Part shown: piece by piece, positions 1-10,885 of the stretch
How positions within the stretch are numbered: position 1 is the first letter of the stretch
Layout of the letters: each line of letters starts with the position of its first letter
Source of the DNA: Bryobacterales bacterium
GTDB lineage: Bacteria > Acidobacteriota > Terriglobia > Bryobacterales > UBA6623
Length of the DNA stretch: 64,000 nt
Reading direction: 5' to 3'
Assembly (NCBI GenBank): GCA_965224215.1
Contig: CBDCYS010000078.1
Coordinates: forward strand, 4,884 to 68,883
The notes under the pieces: generated by a model
What the model was told of the DNA's origin: nothing
The model's database searches: none
Seen by the model: only the letters and a program-made list of their open reading frames with translations
Position numbers and translations under genes: made by a program

Positions 1-1674
1 CTAGGTCCGACGATCCCCCAGACGACCCGAACCTTCCCCCTAACGGGCTCACCGGAGTCACCTTCCTCGATCAGGGCTGGAGCGATGAGGTTCAGCAATT
101 GTTCTGGTTCACGAGCCAGGGCTCGCAAATTATTCCGTATGACTGGTTCCTGGTCCTGGAGCAGGAGACGAGTGAAGATCTATTTCGATCCGAAGCCAAT
201 ATGGCTATATTCCGACGCAACCGAGCCAATGGAACCCCGATGGTCTGCCGGTGGGATTTGTGCGGGACCTCGATTCGGCGGACGGGCAACCATGGATGGG
301 ATTCACCTGCGCTACCTGCCACACCAGCCAAATCGACTTCAAGGGAACCAGCATGTTCGTCGGCGGGGCGCCCACTTTGGCGGATTTCACGGCCTTCCTG
401 GGGGATTTGACGGCGGCCATGAGCGCTACCGTCCAGGACGACGCGAAATTTGACCGTTTCGCCAAGAAAGTTCTCGGTGCCGGATATTCTTCAGTCAAAG
501 CAGAGGACTTGCGGGAAGCCCTGCTCAAGAACACCCTGGTCTTGCTGAACCGTATCAAAGTCAACGAGGCTCCCAACCCATACGGACATGCGCGCCTGGA
601 TGCGTTCGGCCAGATCTTAAACCAGGTGATGGTGGTTGGGCTAGACGAGGACGCCAATATCAAGCCCCCGAACGCCCCTGTTTCCTATCCATTCTTGTGG
701 GGGACGGACCAGTCAAACGTTGTGCAATGGAACGGTTCGGCGCCGAACATAGTGATCGGTGGCTTTCCCATTGGGGCGCTCGCGAGAAATATTGGAGAAG
801 GGCTCGGCGTCTTTGGCGCGCTCGAAATTAAGCCCAGGAAGAAACTTCCGCCGAACTACAAGTCGTCGGTCAGCAAGCGAAACTTGCTCAAGCTCGAAGA
901 GTGGGTCAAAATACTGCGCGCTCCAAAATGGCCGGAGAACATTCTGCCGCCGATCGAACCGGAAAAAGCCGCGAACGGGCAGATTCTCTACCAAGAACAC
1001 TGCGCCGGCTGTCACTCGCTCGTCACCGACCCCGACGCCAAATACACAGCGGTAATGACACTGATCTCGGAGGTCAAAACAGACCCGCTGATGGCGGATA
1101 ACTTCATCCAGCGCGTTGGCAAAACAGGCATTCTTGAAGGGACGCCAAAGACATTTCTCAAGAAATTCGGCGCGGAGGCTTGCGGCTCGGACATCGTCAC
1201 GAATTCCGTTATCGGAGTTATTCTTCACAAGCCGTTGAGTTCGCTGCTCTCGACCCGGCTCGACCCGAGCGCTGATACCGGACTCAAGACGCTTTCCGCT
1301 GAACTGGAAGCTGCCACGTCTCCGGACCATGTCAACGGCTACCTCGAGGCTCGCGGCGAAGAGGGCGAAGAATGCTTCGAACCCCGAGCCTACAAGGCCC
1401 GCCCGCTCAACGGAATATGGGCGACCGCGCCCTATCTCCATAACGGCTCGGTGCGAATTTGCGGCAGCTTCTGGAGGAACCGGAAAAACGAGTCAAAGAG
1501 TTTAAGGTCGGCAGCCGCGAATTCGACCCCATCAATGTCGGACAGGTCACGGATGCTGGTCCGTCAACCCTCGATACATCGATTGAAGGGAATTCCAACT
1601 CGGGCCACACCTATGGGACCACGCTGACCGACGGCGAAAAGTGGGCGCTTGTCGAGTACATCAAGAGCCTGTAG
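1..1674 (+). pseudogene. RoxA-like / di-heme cytochrome c peroxidase-family protein, 5' end outside window, two frameshifts
   Basis: The frame open from position 3 gives FLDQGWS...FWFTSQGSQIIPYDWFLVLEQ. It shifts near 200-235 into YGYIPTQPSQWNPDGLPVGF...CATCH (251..1627), which also has CAGCH and YKARPLNGIWATAPYLHNGSV. It shifts again near 1452 (gtgcgaatttg; one extra C would give VPNL) into RQLLEEP...GNSNSGHTYG...LVEYIKSL (1459..1674). Confidence 0.75.
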
Positions 1675-1794
1675 TCGGCGGCAACAAGCACCGACTTTGT
1701 CAGAGCCCCGAACGCCAGTGAGTGGGTCCGGCGCGGAGCAACGGCACCGCGAACAGCGAGCAGGTCCGCAAGCGCCGTCGGCCCAGGGCCGGCC

Positions 1795-2875
1795 CTAGAA
1801 ACCCAATTCTTCAGCGATCCGTTCCGCGTGCCAAGCCGTGCTCCCTAGCGAAAACTCGCTTGCCTTGGCCCGCTTCAAATAGAAGTGCAGATCTTGCTCC
1901 CAGGTGAACCCGATTCCGCCGTGAAGCTGGATCGCCTGCTGGCTGGCGAACCGGTACGCTTTATTCGCCGCGACCTTCGCCATAGAGGAGGCGAGCGCCA
2001 ATCGTTCCGGTTGCTCATCGGCCACGATGGCCGCATAGTAGACCGCTGAGCGTGCTTTCTCCAAACTGATGAGCATGTCGGCCGCGCGATGCTGGACCGC
2101 TTGGAAGCTGCCCACCGGTCGGCCAAACTGCCGCCGCGCCTTTACATACGCCACGGTCACCTCAAGCAATTCAGCCGCCCCTCCCACCATCTCCGCCGCC
2201 AGCGCAACAGTGGCAACGTCAATCGTTTGCTGGAGTACATCGATCGACCCCGCGCCAATGGTCTCCGCCCGCGCCGCGTCGAAGGTCAGCGAGCGTTCGC
2301 GTTGGGTCTAGCGTATCCAGTGTGGTGACGTTCGGGTCACGCGGCAGGACGAGCCGCACTCGGGCATCTCCGTCTTTCAAAACGCAGATGATTAGGTCAG
2401 CCTGCGCAGCCTCAGGGACGAAGCTCTTCGTGATGGTTTCCTCATGGCCGCTAAAGGTTTTCAGCGAGGCTAGATCCCAACCCGAATCAGGCTCGTAGAC
2501 CGCCAGCGTCGCCTTGAGCCGACCGTCAGCAATACCCGGCAAGTATTTGCGGCACGCCTCATCGCTTCCAATTCGCTGCAAGGCGACTGCGGCCAGCACC
2601 GCTGAAGAAAAGAAGGTACCCGGCACCAGCCGCCGCCCCATCTCCTCCATCAGCAGAGCTAAATCGAACGTGTCTGAACCGAGCCCGTCGTGCTCTTCTG
2701 GAATCATCAAAGCCGGCCAGCCGACTTCGCTAATCTTGCGCCAAATCTCGTCAGACGTGGATTCGGAATTGTCGAGCATCCGACGCATGCCCGAGCCGGG
2801 CCATTCGCTGGAAAGCAACTCGCGGGCGGAACGCCGTAGCAGCTCCTGGTCTTCGGTCAGCGAAAAGTTCATCAC
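1795..2875 (-). pseudogene. Acyl-CoA dehydrogenase (short partner subunit type), frameshifted near 2290
   Basis: The N-terminal part 2219..2875 (MNFSLTEDQELLR...WPALMIPEEHDGLG) and the C-terminal part 1795..2190 (RRQFGRPVGSFQAVQH...AIQLHGGIGFTWE) are in different frames. The second frame reads back to LTFDAARAE at about 2290. Confidence 0.8.
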
Positions 2876-4015
2876 CTATTTCCTGGGCAATCCGAGAACC
2901 CGCTCGGCGATGACGGTGCGTAATATCTCCGCCGTCCCGCCCTCGATGGAATTGCCGCGTGACCGCAAATAGCCGAATTGCCAGCTCCCCTCTTGCTCCG
3001 GCATTAGAGCGGCCTTAGCTCCGAGTCGGTCGAGGCCCAACTCTTGGAGCTGCTGATTCGCTTCAGCCCAAGCGACCTTAATCATGGAGCTATGGAAACC
3101 GTACAGTTGCTCTCCGAACCGTTCGCAGTTGAGTTGCAGGGCCTGCACGTCAACGTAGACTTCGGCCAGCTTCTGGCGAGCAGCGGAATCAAGAACGCCC
3201 TCCTTTCGCGCTGAATCAACCAGAGAGTCGAATGACTTCTGCAACTGCAGGCTGGACCGGAACGAAATGTTCGCGCGCTCGCGGGTGAAGGTCTTCATGG
3301 CGACCATCCAGCCTTCGTTCTCGGGCCCGATGCAGTTTCGCTTCGGCACGCGCACGCCATCGAAGAACATCTCGCCGAACTCCGCCTCGCCCGTGATCTG
3401 TGGCAAAGGCTTGACGCTCACGCCCGGGGATCTCATGTCAACGGCAAGCGCGCTGATGCCTTTGTGCCGGGGCCGCTCCGGATCGCTGCGGACCAGCAGC
3501 AAACAGAAGTCGGCAAGGCGCGAGGAGCTCGTCCAGATCTTCTGACCGGTGACGACGTACGCATCCCCTTCGCTGACGGCACGAGTTTGCAAAGACGCCA
3601 GGTCGGACCCGGCATTGGGCTCGGAAAAACCCTGGCACCAAATCTCTTCCCCTGATAGGATCTTCGGCAAATAGCGTTTTTTCTGCTCATCGCTGCCACA
3701 GGCAATGATCGCCGGCCCCGCGATCAGCAGACCGATGGAGTTCAGCGGTTCGGGTACATTGGCTCGGGCAACCTCTTCGTTGTAGATGAATTCCTGGCGG
3801 AGTGCGGCGCCTTGTCCGCCATACTCGGACGGCTAACTCAAGCCGATCCAGCCCCCGTCGAAAAGCTTTCGCTGCCAAAGGCGGCGGGCGTCCGTGTCAC
3901 TTCGCTTCGCCGCTACTTTGTTGGCCTCAAGCCAGCTCCGCAAGCGTTGCCGAAACGCGGCATCTTCTGAAGAGTCGAGCAGTCGAGGTTCGCTTCCTTC
4001 GGCTTCAGATGACAT
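2876..4015 (-). pseudogene. Acyl-CoA dehydrogenase with in-frame amber stop at 3833-3835
   Basis: Reads WIGLS-TAG-PSEYGGQG and continues in the same frame into KRYLPKILSGEEIWCQGFSEPNAGSDLASL...TIEGG-like NSIEGGTAEILR. The stop replaces the Trp of the usual GLxWPxEYGG motif (TGG>TAG). Confidence 0.85.
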
Positions 4016-4205
4016 GGTCTTTTTATCGGGACCGATAGGACTGGCTGGAGCGGGAGCAAAGAGGAACAATCATAGCAAGCCGCGCTCGCACCCGCCCTAA
4101 GCGTTCAAGTGGAGTCAGCTACCGGGAGGGAAGACAGGGAGATAGATCAGCTGGTACGGTCGAAAACGCCACCGCCGCGAAAAGTGGGTAATCAGTCGGC
4201 AGGGG

Positions 4206-6269
4206 CTATTGCTTCTTCTTTTTGCCGTTGCCGTTGGACGACAACTCCATTTGGAGGTCCGAGAGCTTCTTGCGAACTTTCGCGATCTCGCGGGGATCTC
4301 GATCCGATTGTGGGCCTTTTTGCCACTCCTGCAGTGAGCGTTCCCAATGAACCTCGGCCTCGCTAGATTTGCCGAGTTTGAAATAAACGTCCCCGAGATG
4401 GGAAAGCACTGTTGGGTCGTGCTTATACAGCTCCAGCGATCGGCGCAAGTATCGTTCCGCCAGCTCAAGCTTATTTTGGCGATAGTAAACCCAACCCAGA
4501 CTGTCCAGGTAGGCGCCGTTATTAGGATCGAGGTCCAGCGCTTTCTGGACGTAATCGTGAGCGTCGTCGAGCCGCTCGTTGCGGTCCGCGAGCATGTACC
4601 CAAGGTAGTTCAGCGCTGAAGCATTGCTTGGGTCCAGAGCGAGCAGCTCATTGAATTTCGCCTCTGATTCCTCGTGCCGCTGTGCGCGCTCGAGCACCGC
4701 CGCGTAACTAAACAAGGCCGTTAGCTTCTGCCGCTCCGACTTGGAGTCCTCAAGCGCTTTGTCGGCAACCTTGACAGCCTCGTCATAGCGCTTTCCTTTC
4801 TCATAAATCCGAACCAAGGAGAGATAAACCTGATGATCTCGCTGGCTACCGTCGAGAAGGAATTTCAGGATTTTGGAAGCCTTGTCTATCTCCCCTGATT
4901 CGGCCAAAACCGTCGAGTGAAGCATGGCCAGCGCGCGATCGTCAGGAAATTCTTTACGAGCCTCTTTCGATAGCTCGCGTGCCTTTTCATGATCTTTAGC
5001 GTAACGGTGGCCGTCGATCCTGTGGACAAGTGCACGGGGCTTGGCGCGAGAATCGATATCGCCCATTTCCTTGAAAGCATCATCGGCCTTCGCGTAGTCT
5101 TCTCCTGCGCGGTAGAGAATGCCTAACTGCTCGAGAAACATCGCGCGGTTTTGTTTTTCCTGGGGAGAATAGTCTTCTTTCTCGGTGGCATCCAGCAGGA
5201 CCAGCATGGCCTCGGTGGCCTCAGCAATATTCCCCTCAGCTTCGAGAAGTTGCACCAGGTTGTACTTGATTTCCAGTGAATCGGGGGCAAGCTCTTGGGC
5301 CCGGAGCAGGCTGGCCCGAGCGTCAGAGTACGACCTCTTCTCGCGGTAGATTTGAGAAATCCGCAAGTGGTTTTCGGGATTCTTCGGCTCGGCGACAACG
5401 AGAAGTTTGTACTGCTCGAGCGCCTTATCGTATTGCCCGGTAAGGACTAAATTATGAGCCAGCCCGCGGCGGGCCGGTAGCGCATTGTCCCCCTCTCCGA
5501 TCAATTCCTCAAAGATCTCCGCGGCTTTGCGGAACTCACCCGCTTGCTCATAAGCGGTGGCTAGCGCCGTCAGCTGATTTGGATTGGCGTCGCCGGCGGC
5601 TTTCACCTTTTCGAGAGCCTCAATCGCGCCCTGCGTGTCCCCTGAATCAAGGTAGAGGAAAGCCAAGCTCGCCAGCGCTTCCGCCGAATCCGGTTCGAGC
5701 GCCAAAAGATCCTTGAGCGCCTGTTCGGCTTTCTCCTTCTCTTCCGCTGCCCTGTATAGATTCGAGAGCTGGAGTAGCGATTCCTTATGGCTACTATCGA
5801 GCTCGTGAACTTTCTCGAACTTCTCAATGGCGCTGTTCAGGAGTTCCTTATTGATTTCACCCCGACGCCCGAAGGCATAGCGGCTGTAGATCTGCCCCAT
5901 CAGACTCAGGACTTCGACGTTGGCCGGATCACGCCCGAGCACCTTATCTGCTTCCGCCACGGCATCGTCCAAGCGGTTCGAGCGAGCATAAAGCTGGATA
6001 AGCCCTTCATAGAGGATATTAGCGCCGGGGTCAGCCTCAATGGCTTCCTGATACTCGTCAACTGAGCGCTGCAAATACTCGCGATTCATATGTTCGACTG
6101 CGAGTTGCTCGTAAAGACGAGCCAGCGCGTAGTGGTAGTAAGCGGTGGCCCGATCAGGAGCGACGGACGCATCGTCAGCCTGCTGGGGCGCCGCGCCGAG
6201 GCTCATCGCCATGGCAAAAAGTGTCACCAGAAGCCAGCAACCAAATAGCCGCGGCAATCTACGTTGCAT
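4206..6269 (-). CDS. Secreted tetratricopeptide repeat (TPR) protein
   Basis: Likely start ATG 6269 (MQRRLPRLFGCWLLVTLFAMAMSLGA, signal peptide). Many TPR units follow, e.g. ALNYLGYMLAD, AYLDSLGWVYYRQ. Confidence 0.9.
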   Translation of the reverse strand: MQRRLPRLFGCWLLVTLFAMAMSLGAAPQQADDASVAPDRATAYYHYALARLYEQLAVEHMNREYLQRSVDEYQEAIEADPGANILYEGLIQLYARSNRLDDAVAEADKVLGRDPANVEVLSLMGQIYSRYAFGRRGEINKELLNSAIEKFEKVHELDSSHKESLLQLSNLYRAAEEKEKAEQALKDLLALEPDSAEALASLAFLYLDSGDTQGAIEALEKVKAAGDANPNQLTALATAYEQAGEFRKAAEIFEELIGEGDNALPARRGLAHNLVLTGQYDKALEQYKLLVVAEPKNPENHLRISQIYREKRSYSDARASLLRAQELAPDSLEIKYNLVQLLEAEGNIAEATEAMLVLLDATEKEDYSPQEKQNRAMFLEQLGILYRAGEDYAKADDAFKEMGDIDSRAKPRALVHRIDGHRYAKDHEKARELSKEARKEFPDDRALAMLHSTVLAESGEIDKASKILKFLLDGSQRDHQVYLSLVRIYEKGKRYDEAVKVADKALEDSKSERQKLTALFSYAAVLERAQRHEESEAKFNELLALDPSNASALNYLGYMLADRNERLDDAHDYVQKALDLDPNNGAYLDSLGWVYYRQNKLELAERYLRRSLELYKHDPTVLSHLGDVYFKLGKSSEAEVHWERSLQEWQKGPQSDRDPREIAKVRKKLSDLQMELSSNGNGKKKKQ

Positions 6270-6557
6270 TGCTCTCACACGAACTCCTTGAACCTTCCAC
6301 CGGAAGGCAAGTTTTGACTTTTTCAGTATAACCTGAAACAGATGGACGGCCAAGGAGCCACGCGAGTTGCGGCGGGTTGCCGATACCCGGCCCCGGCAGC
6401 CCTGGCATGAGTGACAGCTAGCTGACAAGCAAGAATCTAGCTGAGTCAAATATTAATCACGGCGGCCGTCTCATGTATTCTTCCCTGCCGCGTGGCTGCG
6501 GTTCAGCGAAGAGGCGCTTCGCTGGGCGACGGAACGGACTCGAACGGCCAGCGCCGA

Positions 6558-6622
6558 GTGAGCCGACTGACGTGAGCGGACTGAACTGAAGTGAGCGGAC
6601 TGAACTGCAGTGAACGGACTGA
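6558..6622. repeat. Imperfect tandem repeat, unit GTGAGCGGACTGAACTG(A/C)A (19 bp), about 4 copies
   Basis: Units start at 6558, 6572, 6591 and 6610. Confidence 0.85.
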
Positions 6623-6628
6623 TATGAT

Positions 6629-8814
6629 GTGACCGTGACGATTCGCCAAGCGTCAGCCCTGGCGGCCTTGTTCTTTTGGGAGTTTCGGCAGCCCCTTCCG
6701 GCGAGGTCTCGGCCTGGGAAAAACGGATCGAATCAGGACGCAACTACTGGGCTTTTCAGCTGCCCGAGAAGGTTTCCCCGCCGGAGACGACCTCGGTCTG
6801 GGTCCGCACCGATGTCGATGCCTTCATTCTTCGAAGGCTCTCGGCTGCGGGCCTGCAGCCGTCACCGCAACTCGACAAAGAGCGGCTCCTGCGGCGTGTT
6901 TATCTGGATCTGATTGGATTGCCGCCGACGCCCGATGCGGCCTCGGCGTTTCTCAACGACACAAAGCCAAGAGCGTATGAAGATTTGGTCGAGCGGTTGC
7001 TTTCTTCATCGCACTATGGAGAGCGCTGGGCACTCAAGTGGCTTGATGTTGTGCGCTACGCCGACACCAATGGATTTGAGAAGGACGGGTATCGCGAGCA
7101 CGCTTGGCGATACCGGGACTACGTCGTTCGGTCGTTCAATACCGACAAGCCTTTTGACCGTTTTGTGCAAGAACAGATCGCCGGCGATGAGCTGTTCCCC
7201 GGGAATACCGAGGCGCTGATCGCAACTGGTTTCCACGGCGCTGGGCCCCGGCACGTGGTGAGCGGGAATCAAGACAAAGAGGAAGCGCGCCAAGAAGTCC
7301 TCACGGAGATAACCCTCGGAGTCGGGCAAGTCTTCCTTGCTTTGACGGTGCAATGCGCACGCTGTCACGACCACAAGTTCGACCCCATTGCTCAGGCGGA
7401 CTACTATCGCCTACAAGCATTTTTCGCGGGCGTTGAGCTCAAGGACCTCGACACCGCGCCGCTCGAAGAATGGCTTGCTCAGGAAAAAGCGGCGGATGCG
7501 CACAAAGCACGGCTTGAACCGATCGAGAACGAACTCGAGAAGATCGAAAAGCCGTTCCGCGAGAAAGCACTCGGGCTGAAGAAGGCGGAACTCGATCCTC
7601 ATTTTCGCAAGGCTCTTGAAACGCCCAAGGAGCGTCGAAACGAATCCCAAGAGCGGCTTGCAAATGAAGCTGAGGGTCAAATCAAGCCGATGTGGTACGA
7701 CGTCGTGGCGTTGATCCCCGACGACATCAAGGCGCGCAGGCGCGAGCTGCGCCGGCAAATGCACGTCATCAATTTGGAGCAGCCCGACCCAGCGGCGGCG
7801 GCCTTCGCGGTGGCGAATCAGGATGAAGCTCCGGCGACGCACATTCTGAAGATCGGCGACTATCGCCACAAGCAAGATGCGGTGGAGCCGGGGTTTCCGA
7901 GTGTCCTGGAATCATTCGGCATTGAAGTTCCCAAGAGTTCTTCGGACCGCTGGGCCGCCCTCGCTCGTTGGCTGACTGACAGCGGCAATCCGCTGACGGC
8001 ACGGGTCATGGTCAACCGAATCTGGGAGTTTCGCATGGGCAGAGGCTTGGTCGCCGACCCCAACAATTTCGGAATACTGGGCGGTACGCCGAGCCACCCC
8101 GAACTGCTCGATTATCTTGCGCTTCGGTTTGCGGAGTTCGGGTGGAGCGTCAAGGCGATCGACCGCATGATTGTGTTATCGAATGTCTACCGGCAGTCGG
8201 CCGAGGCTGATGAGCGGAACGCGCTCACCGATCCAGACAACAAACTCTACTGGAGGGCCAACCGAAAGCGGCTGGAAGGTGAAACCATTCGCGACAGCAT
8301 CCTTGCCGCCTCGGGCCGATTGAACCGCTCGTTGGGCGGGAAACCTGTGAGGATTCCTATCGAGCCAGAGATCTACGATGTGATTTTTACCGAATCCGAA
8401 CCAGCTAATCTCTGGCCTGTGACGCCCGATGAATCACAACACCGCCGGCGCAGTCTTTATTTACTCAACATGCGGACCGTGCGGTTGCCTTTCCTGACCA
8501 ACTTCGACCAGCCCGACACGATGACTTCATGTGCCATCCGATCGAGCTCAACACACGCCTTGCAAGCGCTCACAATGCTCAACAGCGAGTTCATGCAGGT
8601 CGAGTCAGAGGCATTGGCCGATCGGCTACAAAGGGATTGCGCTGCCGGCGAGCGAGATTGCCTCGTCGAGCAAGCCTATGCACGCACGCTGGCTCGACGA
8701 CCGACTGGCGCTGAGAAAAGCATGGCGGGGAGTTTTCTAGCTGCCCCCGGAGGGCGGCTTTCCGACTTTGCGTTGGCGCTGCTGAACCGCAATGAATTTG
8801 TCTATCGACCCTAG
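6629..8814 (+). CDS. DUF1549/DUF1553 (PSD1/PSCyt2) domain protein; signal peptide appears out of frame
   Basis: ORF 6676..8814 has [53 protein letters not shown]. The frame from GTG 6629 gives MTVTIRQASALAALFF, which would join LGVSAAP if one more T were present in TTCTTTTGG (6671-6679). Confidence 0.8.
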
Positions 8815-10420
8815 GAGTCTGTCCCACAGAAATCCGGCACGAAGGTAATACGGGGGCGAGATTGGATTTTTGAGGTCGGCAACGCGAGTGTGCGGCTGCG
8901 ATCCGGATGCGATCCTTCGTTGCGGCAACAGCATCGCCTCTGTGACTCGATAGCGGCTTCCGTGGGCGGCTTTTTTCACGCTTCGCTCCGCTTAGGCCGC
9001 CGTCGGGAGCGCCTCCATCCTCGCCATCCGCCGCAGGTTCAACGCCATCGTTACCAAGCTCCATTCTCCTTGTACTTTCTTGAGACCCCGCAGCGAAAAT
9101 CGCCGGAATCCTAACACCTCTTTCACCCATCCGAACGCTGGCTCCACCATCCCTTTGCGGCGCGCGTATTGTTGCTTGCCGCGCTGCTGCTCGAGGCGCT
9201 TCGCCATGCGCTCGCTCGCCGCTTCGGTGGCCTTGTTGTTTTGCTTCTTTTCTTCCTGGGCCGCCTTGCTTTCCCGCCGCAGCGCCACGATGCCCTCGAT
9301 CTCGCGTTCCTCCATTGCCAGAAAGTTCTTCTCGCTCCGATACCCCGCGTCCGCCAGCAAACACTCCGGTTTGCTCCCCGTGTTTTGCTCCACTTGATCC
9401 ACCATTTCGATGAGCGACCCGTTGTCGGCCGCGTTCTGTCCCACCTGCCGCGCCACGATCAACTGACGGCCTTCTTCCACCACCGCCTGCGCGTTGTAGC
9501 ACTGTTGGAAACTCTGCTTCGACTTCATGATGCGGCTCTCGGGATCGCTGAAATTGCGTTGCGCTTGCGGCTTTGGCTCACCGAACTCCCGCTTGAATTT
9601 CGAACAGCCGCCTTGCGGTCTCGTCTCCGAAGCCACTTTGCCGTCGCCGGGATGGCGCCCTTGCTGCTTGTCTTTTTCGGCCTGTTCGTCTTCCAGCGCC
9701 TGCTTGGCTTCCCTGATCTTTTCGAGCCGCTGCTCGCGTTTGTGCAGCTCGGGCGGCAGCTCGTCGCCGCTTTTGCCGGGGCCGTAGAGTTCGTCTTCGG
9801 CGGCGTCGGTTTGGTGCGCTTTCTCGAGCAACTGTTGAATTTCTTTTTCGAGCTGTTGCTCTTCTTCCTTCATGCGCTGGTAGCTCATCGCCTTGTGTTT
9901 GGAGGCGTTGGCTTTGATTTTCGTGCCGTCCAGCGCCACCGTCCCCAGTTTCACCAAACCCATCTTTTGGGCCAGCTGCACGAGCGCGACGAACAGCTTG
10001 CCAAACGTTTCCAAGTGTTGCTGACGGAAGCGATTGATGGTGCGAAAGTCGGGCTGATTGCCCGCCGCAAGCAGGCGTAGTGCAACGTCGTCGATCAGCT
10101 TGCTGGCGATTCTGCGCGACGAAAACACGCCCGTCGCGTAGGCGTAGACGAGCACCTTGACGAGCATCGTCGGGTGATAGGGCTGATTGCGCCGGCCGTC
10201 GCCCTCGTAGGGCTGGTGCAAGGCGCTCAGATCGAGTTGATCGAGTGTATCGGAGATGAAATAGGCCAGGTGGTCCCGCGGCAGCCAGTCCCGCGGCGAC
10301 GGCGGAAATAAAAACGGCTGATCAGGCTCATAAGGCCGGTAGTTGGTCCCCATGCCTCTAGTTTCGCCCTTCCATGCAAAACATTCCACTCCTTGCTGGC
10401 TTTTTCTGTGGGACAGACTC
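8815..10420 (-). mobile_element. IS1182-family insertion sequence, copy 1 (1606 bp)
   Basis: Terminal inverted repeats GAGTCTGTCCCACAGAAA. CTAG is duplicated at 8811-8814 and 10421-10424. Confidence 0.92.
8992..10353 (-). CDS. IS1182-family transposase
   Basis: LFPPSPRDWLP, YHPTMLVKVLVYAY, PDFRTINRFR, VALDGTKIKANAS, LADAGY, YARRKGMVEPAFG motifs. Confidence 0.92.
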   Translation of the reverse strand: MGTNYRPYEPDQPFLFPPSPRDWLPRDHLAYFISDTLDQLDLSALHQPYEGDGRRNQPYHPTMLVKVLVYAYATGVFSSRRIASKLIDDVALRLLAAGNQPDFRTINRFRQQHLETFGKLFVALVQLAQKMGLVKLGTVALDGTKIKANASKHKAMSYQRMKEEEQQLEKEIQQLLEKAHQTDAAEDELYGPGKSGDELPPELHKREQRLEKIREAKQALEDEQAEKDKQQGRHPGDGKVASETRPQGGCSKFKREFGEPKPQAQRNFSDPESRIMKSKQSFQQCYNAQAVVEEGRQLIVARQVGQNAADNGSLIEMVDQVEQNTGSKPECLLADAGYRSEKNFLAMEEREIEGIVALRRESKAAQEEKKQNNKATEAASERMAKRLEQQRGKQQYARRKGMVEPAFGWVKEVLGFRRFSLRGLKKVQGEWSLVTMALNLRRMARMEALPTAA

Positions 10421-10424
10421 CTAG

Positions 10425-10577
10425 CCCGCTTTTCTCACCGCGTGGCGAGACGAAGTGCGTGAGAGGCCCGTCAGTACGAGGCGTACTCGGACAGTACTTT
10501 GAGCACGGCGAGCAAGCGCAACGAAGCAATGGCGGGCCTCTCGCGTGCTTCGACCGTCAGGCGGTGAGAAAGGCGGG
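10425..10577 (+). repeat. About 150-bp long palindromic element (MITE/REP-like or structured RNA)
   Basis: 17-bp outer stem CCCGCTTTTCTCACCGC / GCGGTGAGAAAGGCGGG and 23-bp inner stem CGAAGTGCGTGAGAGGCCCGTCA / TGGCGGGCCTCTCGCGTGCTTCG. Confidence 0.75.
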
Positions 10578-10885
10578 CCAGCTATTCGCTTGAGCAACGA
10601 CGTTCCGAAGACCAGGCCGCGAAAAGTCTCCTCGCGAATGCTTTCGAGGCGCACCCCAGCGACCCGTCGACATATGGTCCGGCGAATCCTCATTGCGCTT
10701 GTATGCTGCGGTCTTCTGTTCTGTAGCGGTGGGGAAACGAACCTAGCGGACAGGACGCAATCCGGCGGTGCCGTGCCGGTATGGACGGCGGACCCGGGCG
10801 TTCCCGGCCCTGACCCGCCGCCGACGGGCCGCTCGCTATTCGATTCGCTCCTTGGCAAGACTATCGACGGGGAGGTAGTCTATGA

